From NCBI GenBank assembly GCA_900322135.1, contig ONYP01000034.1:1548-65547 (forward strand): 64,000 nucleotides of DNA, written 5' to 3'. Below are positions 20,140-29,548 of this stretch, piece by piece. The position numbers were made by a program, and so were the translations under genes. Origin of the DNA: an uncultured Prevotellaceae bacterium. GTDB taxonomy: Bacteria > Bacteroidota > Bacteroidia > Bacteroidales > Muribaculaceae. The first letter of the stretch is position 1, and each line of letters begins with the position of its first letter. The notes under the pieces are model-generated. The model was not told the origin of the DNA. It did not search any database and was given only the letters and a program-made list of their open reading frames with translations.

Positions 20140-20466
20140 ATGAGTAAGATTATCGACGGACTCTATTACAGCGAGTCACATGAGTATGTAAAGGTAGAAG
20201 GCGACTTCGGTTTCATCGGCATCACCGACTATGAGGTAACCGCAGGTGAGGACTTTGGCGCTGTTGAGAGCGTTAAGGCTGCCAGCGACCTGATGTCGCC
20301 CGTAAGCGGCACCGTTGTTGAGGTAAACGAGGCCCTCGAGGACGAGCCCGGCCTGATCAACAAGGACGCCTTTGAGAACTGGATCATCAAGGTTGAGATG
20401 AGCGACAAGAGCGAACTCGAAGGCCTGATGGATGCCGCTGCCTACAAGGCCATGATCGGCGAGTGA
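20140..20466 (+). pseudogene. gcvH: Glycine cleavage system H protein with an in-frame internal deletion (~18 codons)
   Basis: HEYVKV..GITDY joins directly to EVTAGEDFGAVESVKAASD; the conserved AQxxLGDVVYVxLP segment is absent; 108 aa versus about 126 typical; lipoyl Lys retained. Confidence 0.85.
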
Positions 20467-20468
20467 TT

Positions 20469-20517
20469 GGAGTTAGAAGTTAGGAGTTAGAAGTTAGGAG
20501 TTAGAAGTTAGAAGTTA
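20469..20517. repeat. Heptamer tandem repeat G(G/A)AGTTA x7
   Basis: ggagtta gaagtta ggagtta gaagtta ggagtta gaagtta gaagtta, between gcvH and gcvPA. Confidence 0.9.
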
Positions 20518-20549
20518 AAAGATAACCGACAACTGTAAACTAATCAATA

Positions 20550-21896
20550 ATGAGTTATAAATTTTTCCCGCACACCGACGATGAGATGCAGGCCATGCTG
20601 AAGACTGCCGGCGTCAAATCGTTGGATGACCTCTATCAGGATGTGCCCCAGGAACTCCAACTCAAGAAAGAGTATGAGTTGCCGACGGCAATGAGCGAGA
20701 TTGAGGTACGCCGTTTTTTCGACGGTCTGGGCATGGGCAACATTACCATGCGCACCTTCCTGGGCGCTGGTTACTACGACCACTACAGCCCCGCCGTTGT
20801 TCAGGACATCCTGAAACGCAGCGAGTTCCTCACCGCCTACACCCCCTATCAGGCCGAGATTTCGCAGGGCACCCTGCAATACATCTTTGAGTACCAGAGC
20901 ATGATGGCTGAGTTGACCGGCATGGAAGTGAGCAACGCTTCGATGTATGACGGCACGACCGCCACTGCCGAGGCCATGATGATGGCTGTTGCCAACGCCA
21001 AGAAGCGCAAACGCGTGCTGGTGAGCGAGACCATCAGCCCCTATGTGCTGCGCGTGGTGAAGACCTACGCCAAGTACCAGGGCATCCAAATCGACATGGT
21101 TCCCGCCAAGGATGGCGTGATGGACCGTGACGCGCTGAAGGTGGAACTCGAGAAGGACGATGTGGCAGGCGTTATCGTTGCCACCCCCAACTTCTACGGT
21201 ATCCTCGAGGACTTTACCGGCATTGCCGACCTGTGCCACGAGCACAAGGCACTGCTCATCATGAACTGCGTGGCTACCGCACTGAGCGTTGTCAAGTCGC
21301 CCGGTGAATGGGGTGCCGACATCGCAGTGGGCGACGGCCAGAGCCTGGGTATCCCCCTGAACTATGGCGGTCCCTATGTTGGCTTCCTGTGCACTACCAA
21401 GAAACTGATCCGCAAGATGCCGGGCCGCATCGTTGGTGCCACCAAGGATGCTGACGGCAAGCGTGCATTTGTACTCACCCTGCAGGCCCGCGAGCAACAC
21501 ATCCGCCGCGAGAAGGCCACCAGCAACATCTGCTCCAACCAGAGCCTGATGGCGCTGTATGTGACCATCTACATGGGCCTGATGGGTGCCAAGGGTCTGA
21601 AGGAGGTTAACTCCATCAGCTACAGCAACGCCCACTACCTGGCCGAGAGTCTGGTGAATACCGGCCTGTTTGAGATGGCTTATCCCGACAAGCCCTTCCT
21701 CAACGAGTTTGCCGTGAAGACCAAACTCAATATCGACGAGTTGCAACAGTACTGCAATGACGAGTACATGCAGTGCGGTCTCAAGATTGCCGACGACACG
21801 CTGTTGATCGCCGTGACCGAGACCTACAGCCGTGAGGATTGTGACGACCTTGTTGACGCATGTGTAACCTTTAACGAAGAAAAGGAGGGCAAGTAA
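20550..21896 (+). CDS. gcvPA: Glycine dehydrogenase subunit 1
   Basis: FLGAGYY, EFLTAYTPYQAEISQGTLQ, NASMYDG, REQHIRREKATSNICSNQ. Confidence 0.96.
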   Translation: MSYKFFPHTDDEMQAMLKTAGVKSLDDLYQDVPQELQLKKEYELPTAMSEIEVRRFFDGLGMGNITMRTFLGAGYYDHYSPAVVQDILKRSEFLTAYTPYQAEISQGTLQYIFEYQSMMAELTGMEVSNASMYDGTTATAEAMMMAVANAKKRKRVLVSETISPYVLRVVKTYAKYQGIQIDMVPAKDGVMDRDALKVELEKDDVAGVIVATPNFYGILEDFTGIADLCHEHKALLIMNCVATALSVVKSPGEWGADIAVGDGQSLGIPLNYGGPYVGFLCTTKKLIRKMPGRIVGATKDADGKRAFVLTLQAREQHIRREKATSNICSNQSLMALYVTIYMGLMGAKGLKEVNSISYSNAHYLAESLVNTGLFEMAYPDKPFLNEFAVKTKLNIDELQQYCNDEYMQCGLKIADDTLLIAVTETYSREDCDDLVDACVTFNEEKEGK

Positions 21897-21899
21897 GTT

Positions 21900-23406
21900 A
21901 TGAATAACACTTTTTACGGTAAACTCATATTTTTGAGTTGTCACAGAATGGCCGTCAGGGTTATTCCCTGCCCGAGAACAGGTGTGCAGAGTACAACATG
22001 AACGACCTGCCCAAGGACCTGATGCGTGAGAACGCACCCCTGCTGCCCGAGGTTGACGAGTTGAGCGTTGTGCGCCACTACACCAACATGAGCAACAACA
22101 ACTTCGGTGTGGACACGGGCTTCTATCCCCTGGGTTCCTGCACGATGAAGTACAATCCCAAAATCAACGAGGAAATCCCAAAATCAACGAGGAGATTGCC
22201 GCCCACCGCGAGTTCACGGGCCTGCACCCGCTGCAGAACCCCGAGACCACCCAGGGCGCTCTCGCCGTTTACTACTTCCTGCAGACCAGCCTTGCCGAGA
22301 TTTCGGGCCTGAAGGAGTTCACCTTGAACCCCTATGCCGGAGCCCATGGCGAGTTGACCGGCCTGATGATTATGCGCGGCTACCACCTGGAGCGTGGCGA
22401 TGTGAAGCGCACCAAGGTCATCATCCCCGACAGCGCCCACGGCACCAACCCCGCCAGTTCGGCCGTCTGCGGCCTTGATGTGGTGGTTGTAAAGAGCCGT
22501 CCCGACGGCACCGTCGATGTGGACGACCTGCGTCCGCTGCTCGACGACACCATCGCCGGCATGATGATGACCAACCCCAACACGCTGGGTATCTTTGAGC
22601 ACAACATCGGCGAGATTGCCAAGGCCGTTCATGACTGCGGCGGCCTGATGTACTACGACGGCGCCAACCTCAACCCCATGCTGGGAAAGGTGCGTCCCGG
22701 TGACATCGGCTTCGACATCATGCACATCAACCTGCACAAGACCTTCTCGACGCCTCACGGCGGTGGTGGTCCCGGCAGTGGTCCCGTCGGCGTGCGCGAG
22801 GGTCTGGAGCACCTGCTCCCCAATCCCCGTGTCATCAAGATTGAAGAGGAGGATTACGACTACTTCAAACTTGAGTGCAGCGACAAGTCCATCGGCAGCA
22901 TCAGCGGTCACCTGGGCAACTTCGGCGTGATGATGCGCGCTCTGGCCTATATCCTGACGCTGGGCCGCGACCAGTTGAAGTGGGTCGGCCCGCTGGCTAC
23001 GCTCAACGCCAACTATATCAAGGAGTCGTTGAAGGATGTATATGAGTTGCCTATCGGCGGCGTGTGCAAGCACGAGTTCGTGTATGACGGCTTGAAGGAC
23101 AAGTCCACCGGTGTGACCACACTCGATGTGGCCAAGCGCCTGCTGGACTACGGCTTCCATGCCCCCACGATCTACTTCCCCTTGCTGTTCCACGAGGCCC
23201 TGATGATAGAGCCCACCGAGAACGAGAGCAAGCAGACCCTCGACGAGTTCATCCGCATCATGCGCGTTATCGCCCAGGAAGCAAAGGATGATCCCGAGAT
23301 GGTGAAGACCGCTCCGCACAACACGCCCGTTCGTCGTCTCGATGACACCCAGGCAGCGCTGCATCCCATCGTTACCTGGCGCGAACTCGTTGCCGACAAC
23401 CAGTAA
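21900..23406 (+). pseudogene. gcvPB: Glycine dehydrogenase subunit 2, disrupted by two frameshifts
   Basis: ATG at 21900 ([11 protein letters not shown]) shifts at a T5 run (21930-21934); [13 protein letters not shown] follows in a second frame; an exact 20-bp tandem duplication (22154-22193) shifts again; HINLHKTFSTPHGGGGPG is in the third frame. Confidence 0.93.
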
Positions 23407-23413
23407 ACTCATT

Positions 23414-23484
23414 TAGAAGACAAGAAGGACAAGAAAGACTATTTCCTTTTTAAAAATTTGTCTTATTTGTCTTTCTTGTCTTTA
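23414..23484. repeat. Imperfect inverted repeat built from ~9-mer AAGACAAGA-like units
   Basis: agaagacaagaaggacaagaaagac ... gtcttatttgtctttcttgtcttta in the gcvPB-lpdA spacer. Confidence 0.55.
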
Positions 23485-23513
23485 GTATTACACACTACAT
23501 ATTTGAACAGACT

Positions 23514-24828
23514 ATGTTTGACATTATTATTATAGGTGCCGGTCCCGGCGGTTATGAAACCGCTGCTGAAGCCGCTGCCCACGGGCTCACGGTCGGCATC
23601 GTCGAGCGTGACCAGATGGGAGGCACCTGCCTGAACCGCGGCTGCATCCCCACCAAGGCCCTGTGCCGCAATGCCGAGGTTGTCAACCTGATGGAAGACG
23701 GGTGAGATGGCATTTGACTATGCCCCCGTATTTGAGCGCAAAGAGGCTGTCGTCAAGCAGTTGCGCGAAGGAGTGGAGATGCTCATGGGTGCTCCAGGCA
23801 TCACCGCCATCAAGGGCGAAGCAAGCCTCAAGGACGCCAACACCGTTGTCGTGAACGGCGAGGAGTACCAAGCCAAAAACATCATCATCGCCACCGGTTC
23901 CGCCCCCCGCGGCCTGCCCATCGAGGGTGCCGACCTGGCGATGACCAGCGATGACATCCTGGCGATGGAAACGCTGCCCAAGAGCCTGTGTATCGTGGGT
24001 GGAGGTGTCATCGGCATGGAGTTTGCCGCTGTATTCAGCACATTCGGCGTCGAGGTGACCGTCATCGAGTACTGCAAGGAAATCCTGCCGCCGTTTGACA
24101 AGGATGTGGCCAAGCGCCTAAAGACCGTGCTGAGCAAGCGTGGCATCAAGATCATCACCAGCGCCGCCGTCAATGGCATCACCAAGGGCGAAGACGGCAT
24201 GACCGTGACCTATGAACTCAAGGGCAAGCCCCAGAGCGTGACCTGCGAGAAGGTGCTGATGTCCGTTGGACGCCAGCCCGTGCTGCCTCAGGGTCTTGAC
24301 ACTGTAGGCGTCACCGTGGGCCGCCGTGGCATCGAGGTGGACGACAACATGATGACCAATGTCAAGGGCGTTTACGCCATCGGTGATGTGAACGGCCGCA
24401 TGATGCTCGCCCATGCCGCCAGCGCACAAGGTCAGCGTGCCCTGAACGCCATTCTGGGCAAGGCTGACGAGATCAAACTCGACATCGTTCCCAGCGCCGT
24501 GTTCACCGTACCCGAGTTGGCCATGGTGGGCCTTACTGAGGAACAGTGCTCCGAGAAAGGCCTTGATGTAACCGTGAAGAAGTCATTCTTCCGCAGCAAC
24601 GGCAAGGCTGTTGCCATGAACGAGACCGACGGCCTCATCAAGATGATTGTCGACAACGCGACGCGCCAGATTGTGGGCTGCCACATCTGCGGAGCACACG
24701 CTGCCGACCTCATCCAGGAAGTGGTTACCGCCATGAACGCCGGTGCCACAGTCGACCTGCTGTCGCGCAGCATCCACGGCCACCCCACCCTGAGCGAGGT
24801 GATGCTGACCGCTGCCAGGCAGTTCTAA
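23514..24828 (+). pseudogene. lpdA: Dihydrolipoamide dehydrogenase (E3/L protein), frameshifted at ~23700
   Basis: GAGPGGY and [13 protein letters not shown] end at TGA 23703-23705; ATGS, GGGVIGME, YAIGDV and HGHPTLSE continue in another frame; a few codons appear to be missing at the junction. Confidence 0.92.
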
Positions 24829-24887
24829 CCCCTTCATGCAAGCCAGGCTTGCAATACACCAACATGACGCGCCACGCGCGGATTTTC

Positions 24888-24917
24888 ACCCCACTGCAGT
24901 TCAGCAGTGGGGTTTTG
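24888..24917 (+). terminator. Terminator of the gcv operon
   Basis: ACCCCACTGC/GCAGTGGGGT stem followed by a short T-rich tail. Confidence 0.7.
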
Positions 24918-24993
24918 TTATAATTACCGGAGATGGTGAGCAAGATGTGAAAAGTTTTTTGTATCTTTGTAGTTTAAACAAGTGAAGAGGGCG

Positions 24994-27072
24994 ATGGAGT
25001 ACAGATTGCATAGTGATTATGAACCAACGGGCGACCAGCCGCAGGCAATAGCCGAACTGGCTGGCGGCGTGAACGACGGCGTTCCCTATCAGACGCTGCT
25101 GGGTGTGACGGGCTCGGGCAAGACATTCACGATGGCTAATGTCATCGCGCGCACAGGACGCCCCACGCTGGTCTTGTCACACAACAAGACGCTGGCGGCG
25201 CAGTTGTATGCCGAGTTCAAGAGTTTCTTCCCCGAGAATGCGGTGCACTACTTCGTGTCCTACTATGACTACTACCAGCCCGAGGCCTATATCCCCTCGA
25301 CTGATAAGTATATCGAGAAAGACCTCGCCATTAATGACGAGATTGAGCGCCTGAGGCTCTCGACGGTAACGGCACTGCTGTCGGGCCGCCGCGACATTGT
25401 GGTGGTATCGAGCGTGTCGTGCCTTTACGGCATGGGCAATCCCGAGGACATCACCGCCAACGCCATCGAGTTGAAGGTGGGGCAAGTCATCGGACGCGAC
25501 GAACTGCTGCACCGCCTGGTGGATGCCCTGTACTCACGCAGTGACACCGAGTTGAGGATGGGCACCTTCCGCGTCAAGGGCGACACGGTCGACATATTCC
25601 TGAGCGATGAGGATATCATGCTGCGCATCATCTTTTGGGGCAACGAGATAGAACGCATCCAGATTCTGGACAGCGAGACACAGATGCCCACCGAGGATGT
25701 GGAGGGCTTCAAAATCTTCCCTGCCAACATCTTTGTCACGACCAAGGAGCGCATGCGTGCCGCTATGGGCCAGATTGACCTGGACCGTGAGAACCAGGTG
25801 GCCGCCTTTGCCCGCGAGAACCGCTTTGCCGAGGCCAAGCGACTGAACGAGCGCGTGACCTATGATATGGAGATGATGCGCGAAGTGGGTTACTGCTCCG
25901 GTATCGAGAACTATTCAAGATATTTTGACGGGCGCCGTCCCGGCATGCGACCCTTTTGCCTGCTGGACTATTTCCCTGACGATTTCCTTACCATCATCGA
26001 CGAGAGCCATGTGACCGTGCCTCAAATCCGTGCCATGTACGGCGGCGACCAGTCACGCAAGACCAATCTGGTGCATTATGGTTTCCGTCTGGAGGCTGCA
26101 TTGGACAACAGACCGTTGAGGTTTGAGGAGTTTGAGACCATGACCCACCAGACCATCTATGTGAGCGCAACGCCAGCCGATTACGAATTGAACAAGAGCG
26201 AAGGCATCATCACCGAGCAGTTGATTCGCCCGACAGGCTTGCTTGACCCGCAGATTATCGTGCGCCCGTCACAAGGGCAGGTCGATGACCTGGTGGAGGA
26301 AATCCAACTGCGCATCGAGCGCGGCGAACGCACCCTGGTGACCACGCTGACCAAACGCATGGCCGAGGAGTTGAGCGACTACCTGAAGCGACTTGACATC
26401 CGCACGGCCTATATGCACAGCGATGTCGAGACCATGGAGCGCATCGAGATTATCGACAACCTGCGCGCCGGAGCCATCGATGTGCTGGTGGGTGTGAACC
26501 TGCTGCGCGAGGGCCTTGACTTGCCCGAAGTGTCGCTTGTCGCCATCCTCGATGCCGACAAGGAGGGTTTCCTGCGCAGTCGCCGCTCGCTGACCCAGAC
26601 GGCAGGCCGTGCCGCACGCAACCTGAACGGCACAGTAATCATGTATGCCGACAACATCACCGACTCGATGCGCCAGACCATCGACGAAACGGAGCGGCGT
26701 CGCACCCTGCAGTTGAAATACAACGAGGAGCACAATATCACCCCCACGGCGATTATCAAGGCCCGAACGGCAATTATCGGTCAGGACACCGACATGCACC
26801 ACCCGACAACACCGAGCCGCCACAGCCAGGGCCTTGTTCCGGAACCGCCAACATCGCACATGCGCTATACCGAGGAATTTGACAGCAGCGCCGGTGTGGC
26901 AGCCGATCCAGTGGTCGCCTATATGAGCAGCAAGGATATGCAGGCCGCCATCGACCGCCTGAAAACCCAGATGATTGAGGCCGCCAAGCGAATGGACTTC
27001 CTCGAGGCCGCACAGTACCGCGACGAGATCCTGAAACTGGAAGAAATGCTTGATGTGAGAGTTAAGAGTTAA
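24994..27072 (+). CDS. uvrB: Excinuclease ABC subunit B
   Basis: GDQPQAI, Walker A GVTGSGKT, FVSYYDYYQPEAY, DESH, QTAGRAARN, C-terminal UVR domain; -7 element TATCTTTG at 24962-24969. Confidence 0.98.
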   Translation: MEYRLHSDYEPTGDQPQAIAELAGGVNDGVPYQTLLGVTGSGKTFTMANVIARTGRPTLVLSHNKTLAAQLYAEFKSFFPENAVHYFVSYYDYYQPEAYIPSTDKYIEKDLAINDEIERLRLSTVTALLSGRRDIVVVSSVSCLYGMGNPEDITANAIELKVGQVIGRDELLHRLVDALYSRSDTELRMGTFRVKGDTVDIFLSDEDIMLRIIFWGNEIERIQILDSETQMPTEDVEGFKIFPANIFVTTKERMRAAMGQIDLDRENQVAAFARENRFAEAKRLNERVTYDMEMMREVGYCSGIENYSRYFDGRRPGMRPFCLLDYFPDDFLTIIDESHVTVPQIRAMYGGDQSRKTNLVHYGFRLEAALDNRPLRFEEFETMTHQTIYVSATPADYELNKSEGIITEQLIRPTGLLDPQIIVRPSQGQVDDLVEEIQLRIERGERTLVTTLTKRMAEELSDYLKRLDIRTAYMHSDVETMERIEIIDNLRAGAIDVLVGVNLLREGLDLPEVSLVAILDADKEGFLRSRRSLTQTAGRAARNLNGTVIMYADNITDSMRQTIDETERRRTLQLKYNEEHNITPTAIIKARTAIIGQDTDMHHPTTPSRHSQGLVPEPPTSHMRYTEEFDSSAGVAADPVVAYMSSKDMQAAIDRLKTQMIEAAKRMDFLEAAQYRDEILKLEEMLDVRVKS

Positions 27073-27089
27073 CAGTTAAGAGTTAAGAG
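27058..27089. repeat. Heptamer tandem repeat (AGAGTTA-like) overlapping the uvrB stop
   Basis: agagtta agagtta acagtta agagtta agag. Confidence 0.8.
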
Positions 27090-27102
27090 ATATATTTTTA
27101 TT

Positions 27103-28947
27103 TTGAAGGAGGAGAAGGGACATAAGGACCACCGCATCAAGGGGCAATGGCTGCCGACGACGCGCAAGGAGATGGAGCACCTGGGCTGGGAGCAGGCCGA
27201 TGTCATCCTGTTCAGCGGTGATGCCTATATCGACCACCCGTCGATGGGCAGCGCCGTCATCGGTCGTGTACTGGAGGCTCACGGCTACAAAGTGGCCATT
27301 GTGCCTCAGCCTAACTGGCGTGACGACCTGCGCGACTTCAAGAAGTTGGGACGCCCGCGGTTGTACTTCGGCGTTTCGGCCGGCGCTATGGACTCGATGG
27401 TGAACCATTACACCGCCGCCCGCCGCAAGCGCAGCGATGACGCCTACACCCCTGACGGCCGTGCCGGAGCCCGCCCCGACTACCCCACCATCGTCTATTG
27501 CGACATCCTCAAGCGCCTGTTCCCCGATGTCCCTGTCGTGGCTGGCGGCATCGAGGTGTCGTTGAGGAGGCTGGCCCACTATGACTACTGGCAGGACAAG
27601 TTAAGACCGTCTATCATCATGGACTGCCCCGCCGACATCCTGATTTATGGCATGGGTGAACTGCCCAACATCGCCATTGCCGATGCCCTGGCTGCAGGAA
27701 AGCGCATCGAGGAATTGACCGATATTCCGCAGACCGTGGTGCGCCGCCCCCTGAGCGAGATGCCCGCAGGTGACAGCGATACTGATATCATTCTGCACAG
27801 TTACAAGGAATGCCAGCAGTCCAAAAAGGCCCAAGCCGAGAATTTCAAGGATATAGAAATCGAGAGCAACCTGTGGCACGGCCACAATGTGTGGCAAGCC
27901 ACCGGCGACATCGCCGTGAAAGTCAACCGCACCAACCCGCCATTGACGACAGAGCAGATTGACGCCTCGTTTGACCTGCCCTATACCCGCCTGCCCCACC
28001 CCCGCTACCAGGGCAAGCGCATTCCCGCCTATGAGATGATCAGGCACTCGGTGTGCATGCACCGCGGCTGCTTTGGCGGCTGTGCGTTCTGCACCATCAG
28101 CGCCCATCAGGGCAAGTTCATCGCCTCGCGCAGCAAGGAGTCTATCCTGCGTGAGGTCAAGCAGGTGGTAGAGATGGAAGATTTCAAGGGCTACATCAGC
28201 GACCTGGGCGGTCCCAGTGCCAACATGTACGGCATGCACGGCAAGGACCTGGAACGCTGCCAGCGTTGCAAGCGCCCCTCATGCCTGCATCCCCTGCCGT
28301 GCAGCAACCTGAATACCGACCATAGCCAACTGCTCGACATCTACCATGCCGTGGATGCGCTGCCCGAGGTAAAGAAATCCTTCATCGGCAGCGGTGTGCG
28401 CTACGACCTGTCGATGCACCGCACCGGCGACCCGCGCGTGGACCGAGTCAACGCCCAGTATAACGAGGAACTCATCCGCTTCCATGTGTCGGGCCGCTTG
28501 AAAGTGGCACCCGAACACACCAGCGATGATGTGCTGATGCTCATGCGCAAGCCCTCGTTTGAACTGTTTAGGCGTTTCAAGGCGTTGTTTGACCGCGTGA
28601 ACAAGAAATACAACCTGCGCCAGCAACTCATCCCCTACTTCATCTCCTCACATCCCGGCTGCCACGAAGCCGACATGGCAGAACTCGCAGCCATCACCAA
28701 GGAGCTGGACTTCCGTCTGGAACAGGTGCAGGACTTCACGCCCACGCCGATGACCATCTCGACCGAGACCTACTATACCGGCTTCCATCCCTACACCCTG
28801 AAGCCCGTGTATTGTGCCAAGACCCCGATGGAGAAGCAAGCCCAGCGGCTGTTCTTCTTCTGGTATGACCGCAAGAACCGCGCCGCCATCACCGCAGCGC
28901 TGAAACGCATCCACCGCAGCGACCTGCTGCGCAAACTGTACCCTTGA
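27103..28947 (+). CDS. YgiQ-family (UPF0313) radical SAM protein
   Basis: GDAYIDHPS, GGIEVSLRRLAHYDYW, HRGCFGGCAFC, DLGGPSANMY, QVQDFTPTPMT. Confidence 0.93.
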   Translation: MKEEKGHKDHRIKGQWLPTTRKEMEHLGWEQADVILFSGDAYIDHPSMGSAVIGRVLEAHGYKVAIVPQPNWRDDLRDFKKLGRPRLYFGVSAGAMDSMVNHYTAARRKRSDDAYTPDGRAGARPDYPTIVYCDILKRLFPDVPVVAGGIEVSLRRLAHYDYWQDKLRPSIIMDCPADILIYGMGELPNIAIADALAAGKRIEELTDIPQTVVRRPLSEMPAGDSDTDIILHSYKECQQSKKAQAENFKDIEIESNLWHGHNVWQATGDIAVKVNRTNPPLTTEQIDASFDLPYTRLPHPRYQGKRIPAYEMIRHSVCMHRGCFGGCAFCTISAHQGKFIASRSKESILREVKQVVEMEDFKGYISDLGGPSANMYGMHGKDLERCQRCKRPSCLHPLPCSNLNTDHSQLLDIYHAVDALPEVKKSFIGSGVRYDLSMHRTGDPRVDRVNAQYNEELIRFHVSGRLKVAPEHTSDDVLMLMRKPSFELFRRFKALFDRVNKKYNLRQQLIPYFISSHPGCHEADMAELAAITKELDFRLEQVQDFTPTPMTISTETYYTGFHPYTLKPVYCAKTPMEKQAQRLFFFWYDRKNRAAITAALKRIHRSDLLRKLYP

Positions 28948-28980
28948 ATCCGCTTTTAGCATTTAGACAAACTGAACCCG

Positions 28981-29526
28981 ATGAAATCCTTGAGAATAAT
29001 CCTTGCAGTGCTGCTGCTGGCCACGGGCAATGTCAGCCATGCCGATGACGACGCGCTGCGCCACACGACCGATGTGTTGTGCCTTGTTCCAGACGCTACC
29101 GCGGTGGGTGTCGCCCTTGCCAAGCATGACACCGAAGGCCTCAAGCAACTGGGCCTGAGCACAGCGACCTGCCTCGCCGTGAACTACGGACTGGAGCTGT
29201 GCATCAAAAAAGACCGCCCCGACGGCACCGGGCACCACGCCTTTCCCAGCACCCACACGGCAGTCGCCTTCAACGGATCAACCTTCTTGATGAAACGCTA
29301 CGGCTGGAAATGGGGAGTCCCCGCCTATGTGGTATCAAGTTTTGTGGCTTGGGGACGCGTTCACACCGACCGCCATGACTGGTGGGATGCGCTGGGCGGA
29401 GCCGCCATCGGTGCCGGCAGTGCCTATATCTTCACACGCCCATTTGTCAAAGATGTTGAGGTAACAATAAGCCCGACCACCTTTGGTGACCGGGCCTATG
29501 GGTTGACAGCGACGATTCAGTTCTGA
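28981..29526 (+). CDS. PAP2-family phosphatase
   Basis: KKDRPDG, FPSTHT, GRVHTDRHDWWDALGGA. Confidence 0.85.
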   Translation: MKSLRIILAVLLLATGNVSHADDDALRHTTDVLCLVPDATAVGVALAKHDTEGLKQLGLSTATCLAVNYGLELCIKKDRPDGTGHHAFPSTHTAVAFNGSTFLMKRYGWKWGVPAYVVSSFVAWGRVHTDRHDWWDALGGAAIGAGSAYIFTRPFVKDVEVTISPTTFGDRAYGLTATIQF

Positions 29527-29548
29527 ATAGTCGTCATTACAAGGTTTC

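Noticed and set aside
20469-20517. Possible CRISPR array
   Set aside because: Contiguous 7-mers with no spacers and no cas genes in the window
21900-22324. Programmed frameshifting or mutually compensating shifts in gcvPB
   Set aside because: Two separate shifts with a net offset not divisible by three, intervening stops and no slippery heptamer with a stimulatory structure
23703-23705. Selenocysteine or stop readthrough at the TGA in lpdA (and at 30315-30317 in the Omp28-domain gene)
   Set aside because: The downstream coding sequence is in a different frame, so readthrough would not restore the protein
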